A stretch of DNA of 64,000 nucleotides, taken from positions 1,088,001 to 1,152,000 of the forward strand of contig CAVUKB010000005.1 in assembly GCA_963741955.1 (NCBI GenBank), read 5' to 3'. Shown piece after piece: positions 9,673 through 20,486 of the stretch (position 1 is the first letter of the stretch; each line of letters begins with the position of its first letter). The stretch is from an uncultured Acidobacteriota bacterium (GTDB taxonomy: Bacteria; Acidobacteriota; Thermoanaerobaculia; Gp7-AA8). A model generated the notes under the pieces. That model did no database searches. It saw nothing but the letters and a program-made list of their open reading frames with translations, and was not told the origin of the DNA. The position numbers and the translations under genes are program-made.

Positions 9673-10166
9673 TCACCCGCCTTCGAACAGCCGGATGATC
9701 TTCGGGTAGTCCTGACGGCTCACCGGGATCACCGCGTTGACCGGCGGGTCGAGGACCATCTCCCACTCGCGGCTTCCCTCGCGACGCCGAACGTAGCGGA
9801 TTCGATCGGGATTCACGGCGTATTCACGATGTACCCGCAGCAGTCCGGCCGCCACGAAGACTGGAAGAGCCACGTCGAACCGCCTCCGATCGATCTTCGG
9901 CCTGCTGCGCCTCAGCCGCACTTGCGACGCCGAACGTAGCGGATTCGATCGGGATTCATGGCGTATTCACGATGTACCCGCAGCAGTCCGGCCGCCACGA
10001 AGACTGGAAGAGCCACGTCGAACCGCCTCCGATCGATCTTCGGCCTGCTGCGCCTCAGCCGCACGAGCGTGTCCCCTTCCCGGGCTTCGATGTAGAAGAC
10101 GTCTCCGACGTCGATCGCCTCACGCGGGCCATCCTCGACGTGAAGTAAAACGCGTTTCGTCTGCAT
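9673..10166 (-). pseudogene. Stand-alone LytTR DNA-binding protein frameshifted by an internal 143-bp tandem duplication
   Basis: LytTR motifs DVFYIEA, RVHREYAVN and IPVSR. Segment 9781-9921 is repeated at 9924-10064; removing one copy restores a 116-aa ORF. Confidence 0.8.
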
Positions 10167-10689
10167 GATCGAACCATTCCGGACCGGAGCGGATGTTTTT
10201 GCGACGGGGATGGCGCAGTTTCGACCCGAGCGGGATATCCCGAGCATCGACCATCCCGACCCGCGGACCATCTCCCGCCTGCAGCCTGGAATTCGGTTCG
10301 CCGGAACTCCCCTCACCTCGACCCGCTGCGTCCCTCCGCTCTTCCATCCGTCGTGCCGGATCTTTTCATTTTCAGGTCTGGCCCTGGACCTTCCACGGCC
10401 GATCTACCGGGCAGGCACGAAGACACCGAGCGACTGGCGCGGGATCGAACGGCGAGAGCGGAACGGCGTGTTGGTGTTCAGTAAGGTCGGGAGAGGCGAA
10501 TGAGCGAGTTACAGAAGACGCCTGCACTCGCGCCTCGTTCCGTCGAGCGCCGCGTCCTGGCATCCAGATGACGAGGGGTGCATTCAGAGTATCGGTCCGA
10601 TGCGGCTGGAAAGTCCAGGGCTGGATCATTCGCCCAGACGGCCCTCAGGATGCGGAGAGCGCCGGATGACGTTGCATCAGCGTTGCCGC

Positions 10690-13600
10690 GCTTCAATGGG
10701 GCCGCTCCCTTTCGGAAGCGGAAGGGCATCTGGAATCAGGAGCAGGGTCTACTCCAGCGAATGCTTCAATGGGGCCGCTCCCTTTCGGAAGCGGAAGGGG
10801 CGCGGGCGTCGGCGCCACGTTCGGCGCGCACTGTCGAGCTTCAATGGGGCCGCTCCCTTTCGGAAGCGGAAGGTTCAAAAAGGTAGCGTTAACCTCGATG
10901 GCAAGCTTCAATGGGGCCGCTCCCTTTCGGAAGCGGAAGGCAGCCGCGCGCTGAATCGGCGGCAACTCCCTCTCGGCTTCAATGGGGCCGCTCCCTTTCG
11001 GAAGCGGAAGGTTCAAGTCCTGGCGCGCCGCATCAGCGCCGGTGATCTCGCTTCGATGGGGCCGCTCCCTTTCGGAAGCGGAAGGCCGAGCAATTAACCA
11101 ACACAGTCGCACCGTGGTGATCCTGGCTTCAATGGGGCCGCTCCCTTTCGGAAGCGGAAGGTTTGCAACTCGGCGTCGATCGCCTCGCCGTAAATGGCTT
11201 CAATGGGGCCGCTCCCTTTCGGAAGCGGAAGGTTCAACTCTCGCTCGGAGGCGGGAAGGAAAAGCTGCGCTTCAATGGGGCCGCTCCCTTTCGGAAGCGG
11301 AAGGTTCTTCCAACTCGGCGTCGTTCGCCTCGCCGGCCAAGGCTTCAATGGGGCCGCTCCCTTTCGGAAGCGGAAGGGCTCTTCCATATTTGCTGCAGCT
11401 GTTGCATGAGACCCTGCTTCAATGGGGCCGCTCCCTTTCGGAAGCGGAAGGTCTCGGAGCGGAACAACAGGATCATCGCGATCGGCAACCCGCTTCAATG
11501 GGGCCGCTCCCTTTCGGAAGCGGAAGGGTCGACGAGGTCCTCGAGGTCGTCGCGCCACACGAAGCTTCAATGGGGCCGCTCCCTTTCGGAAGCGGAAGGG
11601 CACGGCGAGGCGTTTTGCCTGATGACCTACCAGTGCGAGCTTCAATGGGGCCGCTCCCTTTCGGAAGCGGAAGGTTCGCCGCGGTGGCGCGGTTCTACGG
11701 GTTCTCACACAACGCTTCAATGGGGCCGCTCCCTTTCGGAAGCGGAAGGGCGGGGAGGCAAAATGCCAGCGCTTCAGCTTCGGGTGGCTTCAATGGGGCC
11801 GCTCCCTTTCGGAAGCGGAAGGGCGTCGATTCGTTCTCGACGAACGTTGGCGGTGCTGAATGGCTTCAATGGGGCCGCTCCCTTTCGGAAGCGGAAGGAG
11901 CGCCAGATCAACGATCTCGAAGCAATCATGGGGATCGCTTCAATGGGGCCGCTCCCTTTCGGAAGCGGAAGGAGGGGACAGTCGAGAAACTCAAGAACGC
12001 AGGGGTACTGCTTCAATGGGGCCGCTCCCTTTCGGAAGCGGAAGGTTCCTGACGGCTGACTTCCTTCGACAGAAGGTCTTCGCTTCAATGGGGCCGCTCC
12101 CTTTCGGAAGCGGAAGGCTCCGATGAACTGCTCATGGATGCAATGGAGAGCGGTAACGCTTCAATGGGGCCGCTCCCTTTCGGAAGCGGAAGGGGGGCAC
12201 TCATGGGCAAACTCCCACTCCGCGCCGATGCTTCAATGGGGCCGCTCCCTTTCGGAAGCGGAAGGGTTGATTCTTGCCGACGAAGCCGAACCGGAACTCC
12301 GGCTTCAATGGGGCCGCTCCCTTTCGGAAGCGGAAGGTGTCCAAGTGATGGGCCTCGACCTCATGCCGTGTCGCGGCTTCAATGGGGCCGCTCCCTTTCG
12401 GAAGCGGAAGGCGCTCGATCAGCTTCGCTTGAGCGCGCCAGGGCGTGGCGCTTCAATGGGGCCGCTCCCTTTCGGAAGCGGAAGGGGCGCCAGGCGCGGG
12501 AAGTCCCGCATTCCCCCCCGCGCGCAGCTTCAATGGGGCCGCTCCCTTTCGGAAGCGGAAGGTGGCCCTGCAGATCTCCCGGCTCATCCCGACGCTGCAA
12601 GCTTCAATGGGGCCGCTCCCTTTCGGAAGCGGAAGGTCGAGTCCGGGATCGAGGCGCAGAAGACCGGATTCGATGCTTCAATGGGGCCGCTCCCTTTCGG
12701 AAGCGGAAGGGTCGAGGAACTCCCGATCGAGGATGCGAGCCGAGATCGCGCTTCAATGGGGCCGCTCCCTTTCGGAAGCGGAAGGAAGGTCGAGAGGATG
12801 CGCTCGCCGTTCGGCGGTTCGATCGCGCTTCAATGGGGCCGCTCCCTTTCGGAAGCGGAAGGATCGGCGAGATCGAGTTCCGGAACATGGCACCGGGGCT
12901 GCTTCAATGGGGCCGCTCCCTTTCGGAAGCGGAAGGTTCCGCCGATGTAGAACAGTCGGTCGCCGTCCGATCGGCTTCAATGGGGCCGCTCCCTTTCGGA
13001 AGCGGAAGGGGACCAGCCATCGAGCTACCGTCGCATCTATCCGAACGCTTCAATGGGGCCGCTCCCTTTCGGAAGCGGAAGGAGCCCTTCAGGACGGAGG
13101 CCGCTCTCGCCGCTCACGCAGCTTCAATGGGGCCGCTCCCTTTCGGAAGCGGAAGGGCGTCGGGACGCCATCGAGATCTGCGCCATGTCGCTCGTGCTTC
13201 AATGGGGCCGCTCCCTTTCGGAAGCGGAAGGTCACGTTCGCGGATAGTCTGTGGGCGGAGTGTCTGATTGCTTCAATGGGGCCGCTCCCTTTCGGAAGCG
13301 GAAGGAGGCATCGAGATCAGGACTGGGATGCGGTAGCAGCAACACGCTTCAATGGGGCCGCTCCCTTTCGGAAGCGGAAGGCTGCGACCGGTCTGCGAGG
13401 GTGGCTGGACCGGCTGGGCTTCAATGGGGCCGCTCCCTTTCGGAAGCGGAAGGCTGGCACGGTTCCGGCCCCATCGCATCGCGGGCACGTCTCCGCTTCA
13501 ATGGGGCCGCTCCCTTTCGGAAGCGGAAGGCGAAGCTCTGTCTCGCCACCCTGATCGCGTACAGCACTCGCTTCAATGGGGCCGCTCCCTTTCGGAAGCG

Positions 13601-16600
13601 GAAGGCGGCGACACCGGCACGATGACGTCTCCGATGCTGGCAGAGCTTCAATGGGGCCGCTCCCTTTCGGAAGCGGAAGGGTTGCGCTACAGGTCAGCAA
13701 CCAGGTCGACGTCACGCTTCAATGGGGCCGCTCCCTTTCGGAAGCGGAAGGGCGTTTATACGGGCTCGATCGGACGCCCATACACGCGCTTCAATGGGGC
13801 CGCTCCCTTTCGGAAGCGGAAGGTTCGGTATGGCCTCTCCTCTCAGCGATGCTCACGCAGCAGCTTCAATGGGGCCGCTCCCTTTCGGAAGCGGAAGGGC
13901 GTCACGTTGCGTCACTGGCGGAGAAGGTTGTCGGGCTTCAATGGGGCCGCTCCCTTTCGGAAGCGGAAGGCCTCTGCGCCGTGATTCTCGTCTTCGACCC
14001 TGAAGCTTCAATGGGGCCGCTCCCTTTCGGAAGCGGAAGGCCGCTCCGACGCAACGGAGCGCTTCCCATGCCTGTTCAGGGCTTCAATGGGGCCGCTCCC
14101 TTTCGGAAGCGGAAGGTAGACGTCGCAAGCTGGCACCTCAGAGAATGGCTGCCCGCTTCAATGGGGCCGCTCCCTTTCGGAAGCGGAAGGTTACGATCCG
14201 CGGGGCACGTCCCAAACCATGGTGCAACCGCTTCAATGGGGCCGCTCCCTTTCGGAAGCGGAAGGATGTATCGCGCTGTGCCGTGCGTCGCATCGTGGGA
14301 GCTTCAATGGGGCCGCTCCCTTTCGGAAGCGGAAGGAACGAGCAGAACCTCATGGAGTCGACCCGGTACGGGCAGCTTCAATGGGGCCGCTCCCTTTCGG
14401 AAGCGGAAGGATACGTGCTACTGACCTTACTCTTTTGGCTTGAATCGACGCTTCAATGGGGCCGCTCCCTTTCGGAAGCGGAAGGAATGGACGACCCGCG
14501 AACAGCCGGGAAGGGCAACTACGAGCTTCAATGGGGCCGCTCCCTTTCGGAAGCGGAAGGGCCGAGATCGGACGAGCTCGAAGCATTGACGTCGATCGGC
14601 TTCAATGGGGCCGCTCCCTTTCGGAAGCGGAAGGCGGCGACGCAGCTCGCGCATCGACGCTCCTGACGCTCATGCTTCAATGGGGCCGCTCCCTTTCGGA
14701 AGCGGAAGGACGACGTTGTACCAGACATGATGACGAACGTCGACATGGGGCTTCAATGGGGCCGCTCCCTTTCGGAAGCGGAAGGATGCCCGATCGGGCG
14801 GAAGGGAGCGACGGGAACATGCGGCTTCAATGGGGCCGCTCCCTTTCGGAAGCGGAAGGATGCTCCGCGCACTGCGTGCAGCGCCTCGCCAGAGCGGCGC
14901 TTCAATGGGGCCGCTCCCTTTCGGAAGCGGAAGGCCCCGCTGCGCCGGCGTCGATCGGGGCTTCAGCGTCGGAGCTTCAATGGGGCCGCTCCCTTTCGGA
15001 AGCGGAAGGCTCGGGTCAGACTGCTCGAAGGTCAGGAAAAGTGCGATGCTTCAATGGGGCCGCTCCCTTTCGGAAGCGGAAGGTCGCTGACGAACTATCG
15101 GTCAGCAAACAGCTGCTGTGCTTCAATGGGGCCGCTCCCTTTCGGAAGCGGAAGGCTCCGCGCGTACGGTAAGCGCTGCGACCGAAAGACTGCGCGCTTC
15201 AATGGGGCCGCTCCCTTTCGGAAGCGGAAGGGCCAGCATCGATCTGCGATCGTGCAGCCGACGTCGAGCTTCAATGGGGCCGCTCCCTTTCGGAAGCGGA
15301 AGGTCGCTGCGATCGCGAGTCTGTCCGCGGGCGCTAGTGCTTCAATGGGGCCGCTCCCTTTCGGAAGCGGAAGGTGGCATCGACGACAGCGCAGACGCGG
15401 AGCAGCATGCACGCTTCAATGGGGCCGCTCCCTTTCGGAAGCGGAAGGTCGCCGATGCTGATCGACAATCTCTGCTTACCGTCGACGCTTCAATGGGGCC
15501 GCTCCCTTTCGGAAGCGGAAGGCGGCCGGACAGTCCTATGTCTGGACGCACCTGTGCCGTAGCTTCAATGGGGCCGCTCCCTTTCGGAAGCGGAAGGCAG
15601 CGCGAATTTCATCATGCTCGCTCGGGCAAGAGGTGTGGGCTTCAATGGGGCCGCTCCCTTTCGGAAGCGGAAGGCTTTAACTATCTGCCACGAAGAATCG
15701 GCAGAATTTCCGCTTCAATGGGGCCGCTCCCTTTCGGAAGCGGAAGGTGCGGGAAGCAACTCGGGAGCAACTCGGGAATGCGGGCTTCAATGGGGCCGCT
15801 CCCTTTCGGAAGCGGAAGGGCTTCGTGAGTCGCATCCCCTCGGGGAAGATCTTCGCGCTTCAATGGGGCCGCTCCCTTTCGGAAGCGGAAGGGGTTGCTC
15901 CCGAATGAGACGGAGTACAGGTGCGGCGGCTTCAATGGGGCCGCTCCCTTTCGGAAGCGGAAGGCAAGAGTCTGGAAGTGTTCGACGAGTCTCGGCCAGC
16001 CCCTCGCTTCAATGGGGCCGCTCCCTTTCGGAAGCGGAAGGTCCGACGGCGAAATCGCATCGCAGTATACCGGAATGACGCTTCAATGGGGCCGCTCCCT
16101 TTCGGAAGCGGAAGGATGCCACGAATCTCGCGACGGACCTTGTGACGGATGCCGCGCTTCAATGGGGCCGCTCCCTTTCGGAAGCGGAAGGATGTGCTGG
16201 GAGCCGGTGACGCTTGCTCACACCCCGCAGCTTCAATGGGGCCGCTCCCTTTCGGAAGCGGAAGGCCGGTTGAAGGACAGGATGGAAGACATCTCGGGCG
16301 TGGCTTCAATGGGGCCGCTCCCTTTCGGAAGCGGAAGGCGACCGGCTCTACCTTCTTCAATACTCCTCGTGCCATGCTTCAATGGGGCCGCTCCCTTTCG
16401 GAAGCGGAAGGTTCGGCTTCGATTTGACCGATCGTCATGAATGCCTGGCGCTTCAATGGGGCCGCTCCCTTTCGGAAGCGGAAGGCTCGCTTCGTGGGAT
16501 GCGATCGCCGCGAAGCGGAAGCTTCAATGGGGCCGCTCCCTTTCGGAAGCGGAAGGCGAGTCACCATTCCGGCCTTGCACTTTCCCCAGCTATCGCTTCA

Positions 16601-16704
16601 ATGGGGCCGCTCCCTTTCGGAAGCGGAAGGACAGCAGCCCTTAAACTACTGTCGAATTTAGCCACCTCGCTTCAATGGGGCCGCTCCCTTTCGGAAGCGG
16701 AAGG
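10690..16704 (-). CRISPR. CRISPR array, 82 repeats / 81 spacers (hand count), 36-bp type I-G-like repeat CCTTCCGCTTCCGAAAGGGAGCGGCCCCATTGAAGC
   Basis: The plus strand reads GCTTCAATGGGGCCGCTCCCTTTCGGAAGCGGAAGG about every 74 bp, with spacers of ~31-41 nt. One variant repeat at 11050. Orientation is inferred from the ATTGAAGC 3' end and the leader next to cas2. Confidence 0.98.
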
Positions 16705-16921
16705 GGTCCGTGTGCAACTCTCGTTTTTCCAATTCGATGGGAGGTCGTTTGCGAGCGGTGGCCGGCCATGCGACCGGATTTCAATGGGCAACTCTCTTCG
16801 ATTGTCAAAGAGCCCCGCCATTCCGCCGCGAGCGGTGCCCGCCATCATCTCCGGCACCGGACCGCTCGCACACGCGAAGCCGGGGGACGCGCACGGCCAG
16901 TCCATCATTCGCTCCATTCTC
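16705..16921 (-). promoter_or_regulatory. CRISPR leader
   Basis: Non-coding stretch between cas2 and the first repeat, relatively AT-richer. GCGAGCGGTG occurs twice (16751, 16828). Confidence 0.75.
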
Positions 16922-17215
16922 TCAGAAGATCTTCGGGCCGGGAAGCTCGAAGTTGCGAGGCCTGCCGAGGACCTCGATGCCGCCCACCACCGCGGGACTG
17001 CTCTTCCCCAGATCGATGATCAGCACCTGGTCCTCGTGATGATGAATCAGATCGTCGATCCGGCTGCGCAGCACCGCATGCTGCTCCGCCGTCAGATCGC
17101 AGCGGAACACGCTCAGCTGCACGTGCTCGCCGAACCCCTGCATCTCGCGGAAGATGCGCCGCCATCGCTTCGGCGAGGAAATGTCGTACGTCACCAGATA
17201 ACAGCGCAGCTGCAT
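16922..17215 (-). CDS. cas2: CRISPR-associated Cas2
   Basis: YLVTYDISSPKRWRR...GEHVQLSVF. Confidence 0.95.
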   Translation of the reverse strand: MQLRCYLVTYDISSPKRWRRIFREMQGFGEHVQLSVFRCDLTAEQHAVLRSRIDDLIHHHEDQVLIIDLGKSSPAVVGGIEVLGRPRNFELPGPKIF

Positions 17216-17222
17216 CGGCGCC

Positions 17223-18893
17223 TCACCGGATCCGGTAGGGAACGTACCGCTCGATCTCCCCCATCAGCCACCGCGCCACCAGCCTAGCCTCGATCATGAA
17301 GAGCCGCCGGTACGCACAGCGGTAGCCGAAGAGCGGATGCGTCACCTCGATCGCCATTCTCCGCTCGTACGCCTCCAGCATCCGTCTGCGTGCGGCGGTC
17401 TTCAGCAGCATTCCCCCTTCGACTTCGTAGAAGTCCGAAGGCGCGATCTCTCCGTTGTTGATCACCCCGATCACGGTGCTGTCGGCGACCACGGGCCGGA
17501 ACGGCTCCATCAGGTCGAGCGCGAGCGCCGGCTTCCCGTACTTCGGCGTGTGATAGAAGCCCATCATGGGATCGAATCCGATCGTCTCGAGCGTGGTGAC
17601 CCAATCCTTCGTCAGGAGTGAATACGCGAACGAGAGGAGGGCGTTCACCCGATCCTTCGGCGGACGGCGGTTGCGGCCGTCGAGCTCGAACCCTCCGAGG
17701 CCGTCCCGCGCTTTCAACATCGACGCGAATCCCGCGTAATAGATCCGAGCCGCGGAGCCTTCGATACCGAGGAGCTCTTCGAGATCGTTCGAACGGGCGG
17801 CGGCCGCAGCGAATCCCTTGAGAATCTCGAGATCCCTCTCGTCGACGCTTCCATTACGCCGCAGCATCACGCGGGAGTTGTCGATCTTCGCCGCCACGAT
17901 CTCGCGCGCGACATCCACGCGACGCCCGGCATCCCGCGCCGCCGCGAACTGCTCGATCCGGAGCTCCACGTTCTTGTGCGTCGCACCACGAGTGATTCCG
18001 TGCAGCCATCCCGTCCCGCTCATGTGCGCGATCAGGATTCCGCGCCGGAGGCACTCGCGAAACACCGAGGGGGACGCCTGCGCTGCGCCGACGAGCACGA
18101 GCTGCGAGACGCGCACCAGAGGAACGCTCCCCTCCTCCTTTCCCTCGCGCATCACACGGAGGCGCGATCCGCAGAGACGCACCACGCTCCCCGGCTCCTG
18201 CACGATCAGCGGTTCCGTCCCGTCGTTAACCACCGCGATCGGCCTCACTTTCTCCGCGCCCCTCCGAAGGAAGTTCACCTCCTCGGGGAGACAGATCGAC
18301 ACGAGCGAGCAGCGCGGGCATTTCGGGTTGTCTTCGAGCGGCGGCGGAATCCGGTCGTTCGCGAGCGTGGCGCGCATCGCTCGGAGGAGGTCCATCGTCC
18401 GCGCGACGAGATCGGCCGTGAAGCGGACGCGCACCCGATCGCGCGACGCGTTGAAGTAGAGAAGGCCTTCGTTGCATTCGTACCCTTCCTCGCGGAGAAG
18501 GAGTCCCTGCGCGCAGAGCTGAACCCGCTCCGGCTCCCACGCTCCTGCAGCGACCGGCGGGCGCTTGCCGCGCTTGTAGTCGACGGGACGGACGCGTTTC
18601 CCGTCGCGCTCGATGAGATCGATGACGGCGGTGAGCCCGAGGGTCTCGCTGGTGAGGTGAACTGATCGCGTGTGAAGCGTGACGCGCGAACCCTCCGGCC
18701 GGTCGACGTTGCGGTGGACGTGTTTTCCCTCGATCGTCTCGACGTTGTCCTTCCACTCCCCCTGGGTCCATTCGAGATACGCGAGGCGCGGACAGTATGT
18801 GAATTCGTTGAGCATCCGCGCAGGAATGTGCGCGGGGACGCTCGTCAGTGGCTGCGGCTTCGGTTCAGGCGGCTCGAGGATCGTTTCGCTCAT
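17223..18893 (-). CDS. cas1: Cas4-Cas1 fusion (type I-G)
   Basis: Cas4 motifs YCPR, DYKRG, QLCAQ and CPRCSLVSIC. Cas1 motifs GIEGSAARIYY, RNRRPPKDRVNALLS, GFYH and LALDLMEPFRP. Confidence 0.95.
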   Translation of the reverse strand: MSETILEPPEPKPQPLTSVPAHIPARMLNEFTYCPRLAYLEWTQGEWKDNVETIEGKHVHRNVDRPEGSRVTLHTRSVHLTSETLGLTAVIDLIERDGKRVRPVDYKRGKRPPVAAGAWEPERVQLCAQGLLLREEGYECNEGLLYFNASRDRVRVRFTADLVARTMDLLRAMRATLANDRIPPPLEDNPKCPRCSLVSICLPEEVNFLRRGAEKVRPIAVVNDGTEPLIVQEPGSVVRLCGSRLRVMREGKEEGSVPLVRVSQLVLVGAAQASPSVFRECLRRGILIAHMSGTGWLHGITRGATHKNVELRIEQFAAARDAGRRVDVAREIVAAKIDNSRVMLRRNGSVDERDLEILKGFAAAAARSNDLEELLGIEGSAARIYYAGFASMLKARDGLGGFELDGRNRRPPKDRVNALLSFAYSLLTKDWVTTLETIGFDPMMGFYHTPKYGKPALALDLMEPFRPVVADSTVIGVINNGEIAPSDFYEVEGGMLLKTAARRRMLEAYERRMAIEVTHPLFGYRCAYRRLFMIEARLVARWLMGEIERYVPYRIR

Positions 18894-18920
18894 GATCCCG
18901 CAGCGTAGCGCCGCGGGATG

Positions 18921-19724
18921 TCAGTTTCTGTCAGGGAGTGTGCGGGAATCGTCGGACCTGTCGGACTTGTCGGACCTGTCCGACCTGTCCGACTTGTCCG
19001 ACTTGTCCGACCTGTCCGACGATTCGTACGCGCGAGTCCCGGAGCACTGTGGATACGCACGACACCCCCGGAAGCGGCTGCCGGCACGCGGACCGTTCCG
19101 GACGGTGCGCAGAACCATCGGCTCGCCGCAGCGGGGACACGCCAGCACTTCCGCTTCCTGCGAGGCCGCGCGGGCTTCGGTGCGCTTCCGGTAGAGCCGC
19201 TCGGTGAAACCGCCGTTTCGTAGAAAGTCCTGCTCGAGTCGCGCGATCTGCCGGCCAAGAAGATAGATCGCCTGATTGACCAGGCAGAGCATGATGTTGG
19301 CGAAGATCGCCGGTAGAGCTCCTTCGAGCTCGGCGAACTGGAACTCTCCCGATTGCAGGCGCCGGCGGGCATCACGTGCCTCGGGTGAGTCCTTCTCCCA
19401 GGCCCGAAGCCGGCGGTGTCTCAGAAAATCCTCGTAATCGAGGAGCAGCTCGCCGAGGCTGGCTCGCGCGACGTTGGTGAGCTTGAGCTCCGTCTTCTTC
19501 GACGTCGCCGACGCGAGACTCCCCTCGGCGATGTTCTGCCGTCCGCTGCGCGCCGCCTGGACCATCTGGTCGTGTGTGCGCGAGCGCTTGTCGATGAAGC
19601 GGTCGCAGAAGACGACTGTGGCGTCGTAGATCTTCTCGGCTGCCTGAAAGCTCCGGAGACGGCGGTAGCCGCCATGCGGCGGGATCAGGCCCGGAGGCTC
19701 TTCGCCTTTGTGCGCGTTCGCCAT
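18921..19724 (-). CDS. Four-helix bundle protein (IVS/Avd-like) with suffix domain and C-terminal topoisomerase-type Zn ribbon
   Basis: HGGYRRLRSFQ, DQMVQAARSGRQNIAEG, ARASLGELLLDYEDFL, GGFTERLY, CPRCG...GCRAYPQC. Confidence 0.85.
   Translation of the reverse strand: MANAHKGEEPPGLIPPHGGYRRLRSFQAAEKIYDATVVFCDRFIDKRSRTHDQMVQAARSGRQNIAEGSLASATSKKTELKLTNVARASLGELLLDYEDFLRHRRLRAWEKDSPEARDARRRLQSGEFQFAELEGALPAIFANIMLCLVNQAIYLLGRQIARLEQDFLRNGGFTERLYRKRTEARAASQEAEVLACPRCGEPMVLRTVRNGPRAGSRFRGCRAYPQCSGTRAYESSDRSDKSDKSDRSDRSDKSDRSDDSRTLPDRN
18951..19020. repeat. 9-bp unit repeats (GTCGGACCT / GTCCGACTT), with a partner set at 19797-19830
   Basis: Directly visible. 18951-18966 is the exact reverse complement of 19815-19830. 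Confidence 0.85.
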
Positions 19725-19837
19725 ACGGTCCGGAGCATACCTCGGCGATCCGGGGGCTCTACGGTGGGTGGAATTCGGCCGTGGCACCGTCAATCTGTCG
19801 GACAGGGTCGACAGGTCCGACAGGTCCGACGCGCGGT

Positions 19838-20251
19838 TCACGCCGTCGCGCGCTTCTTCATCGCCTCGTCGAGAAACGCGGCGAACGACTCGCTGGAGAG
19901 ATCGAAATCTTCTTTCATTCTCAAGCGGATCTTGTCGGTCCTCTCGTTGCGGCGTGAAACATTCACGGAGCTCGGAAGCCCTAATTTTTCCGACAGTGAT
20001 TCGTCGGAATCGTATCTCGCGGCCCCGAGTCGTTCGGCGAGAGCTGCGCCTTCGAAGGCCTCCATTTTCCCCGCTTGATCTCGATGATCACGGCGTTCCC
20101 CTGCGGGTCGAGTGCGAGAAGATCAACGGTCTCGGACGTCGGGAATGATCACCTGTCGTCCGATCACCAGGAGCGGTTCACGGAGAATAGAAGGATCTGC
20201 GGCGATCCGCTCCTCGAGCCTCTCTTCGAGGAACTTCTTGGAGAGGCACAC
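19838..20251 (-). pseudogene. Degraded NucS/EndoMS-like (PD-(D/E)xK) endonuclease gene
   Basis: Hand translation gives LEERLEERIAADPSILREPLLVIGRQVIIPDVRDR, a frameshift, then VDLLALDPQGNAVIIEIKRG, followed by a short C-terminal remnant ORF at 19838-20065. Confidence 0.65.
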
Positions 20252-20486
20252 GGCTCTCCTTCGAAGTCGATCAGAATTGCAGCGGCGACAAGCTCTCTAG
20301 CCCCAATGGCCCGAACTAACTTAAGGGGCACTGTGGGTGTTCACAGAGCCGATGCGCGGAGTTACTGCGCATCTGCCGCAGGTGTCGCCTCGTTGCGTTC
20401 TGAAGGCGATCTGCGCGGCCACGGCCGGAGCCGTGGCGCCCCTCGGAGAGGGGATCCTTCGCTGCCCAGCAAGCTCGCGCAGACTC

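Noticed and set aside
10690-16704. Self-targeting or duplicated spacers
   Set aside because: None noticed by eye, but this was not exhaustively testable; it needs a BLASTN search.
10578-17287. Many long ORFs with repeating MGPLPFGSGR / LQWGRSLSEAEG peptides
   Set aside because: They are translations of the CRISPR repeat, not genes.
18921-19724. Avd-like gene as evidence for a diversity-generating retroelement
   Set aside because: No reverse transcriptase and no TR/VR pair with adenine-specific mismatches was seen in the window.
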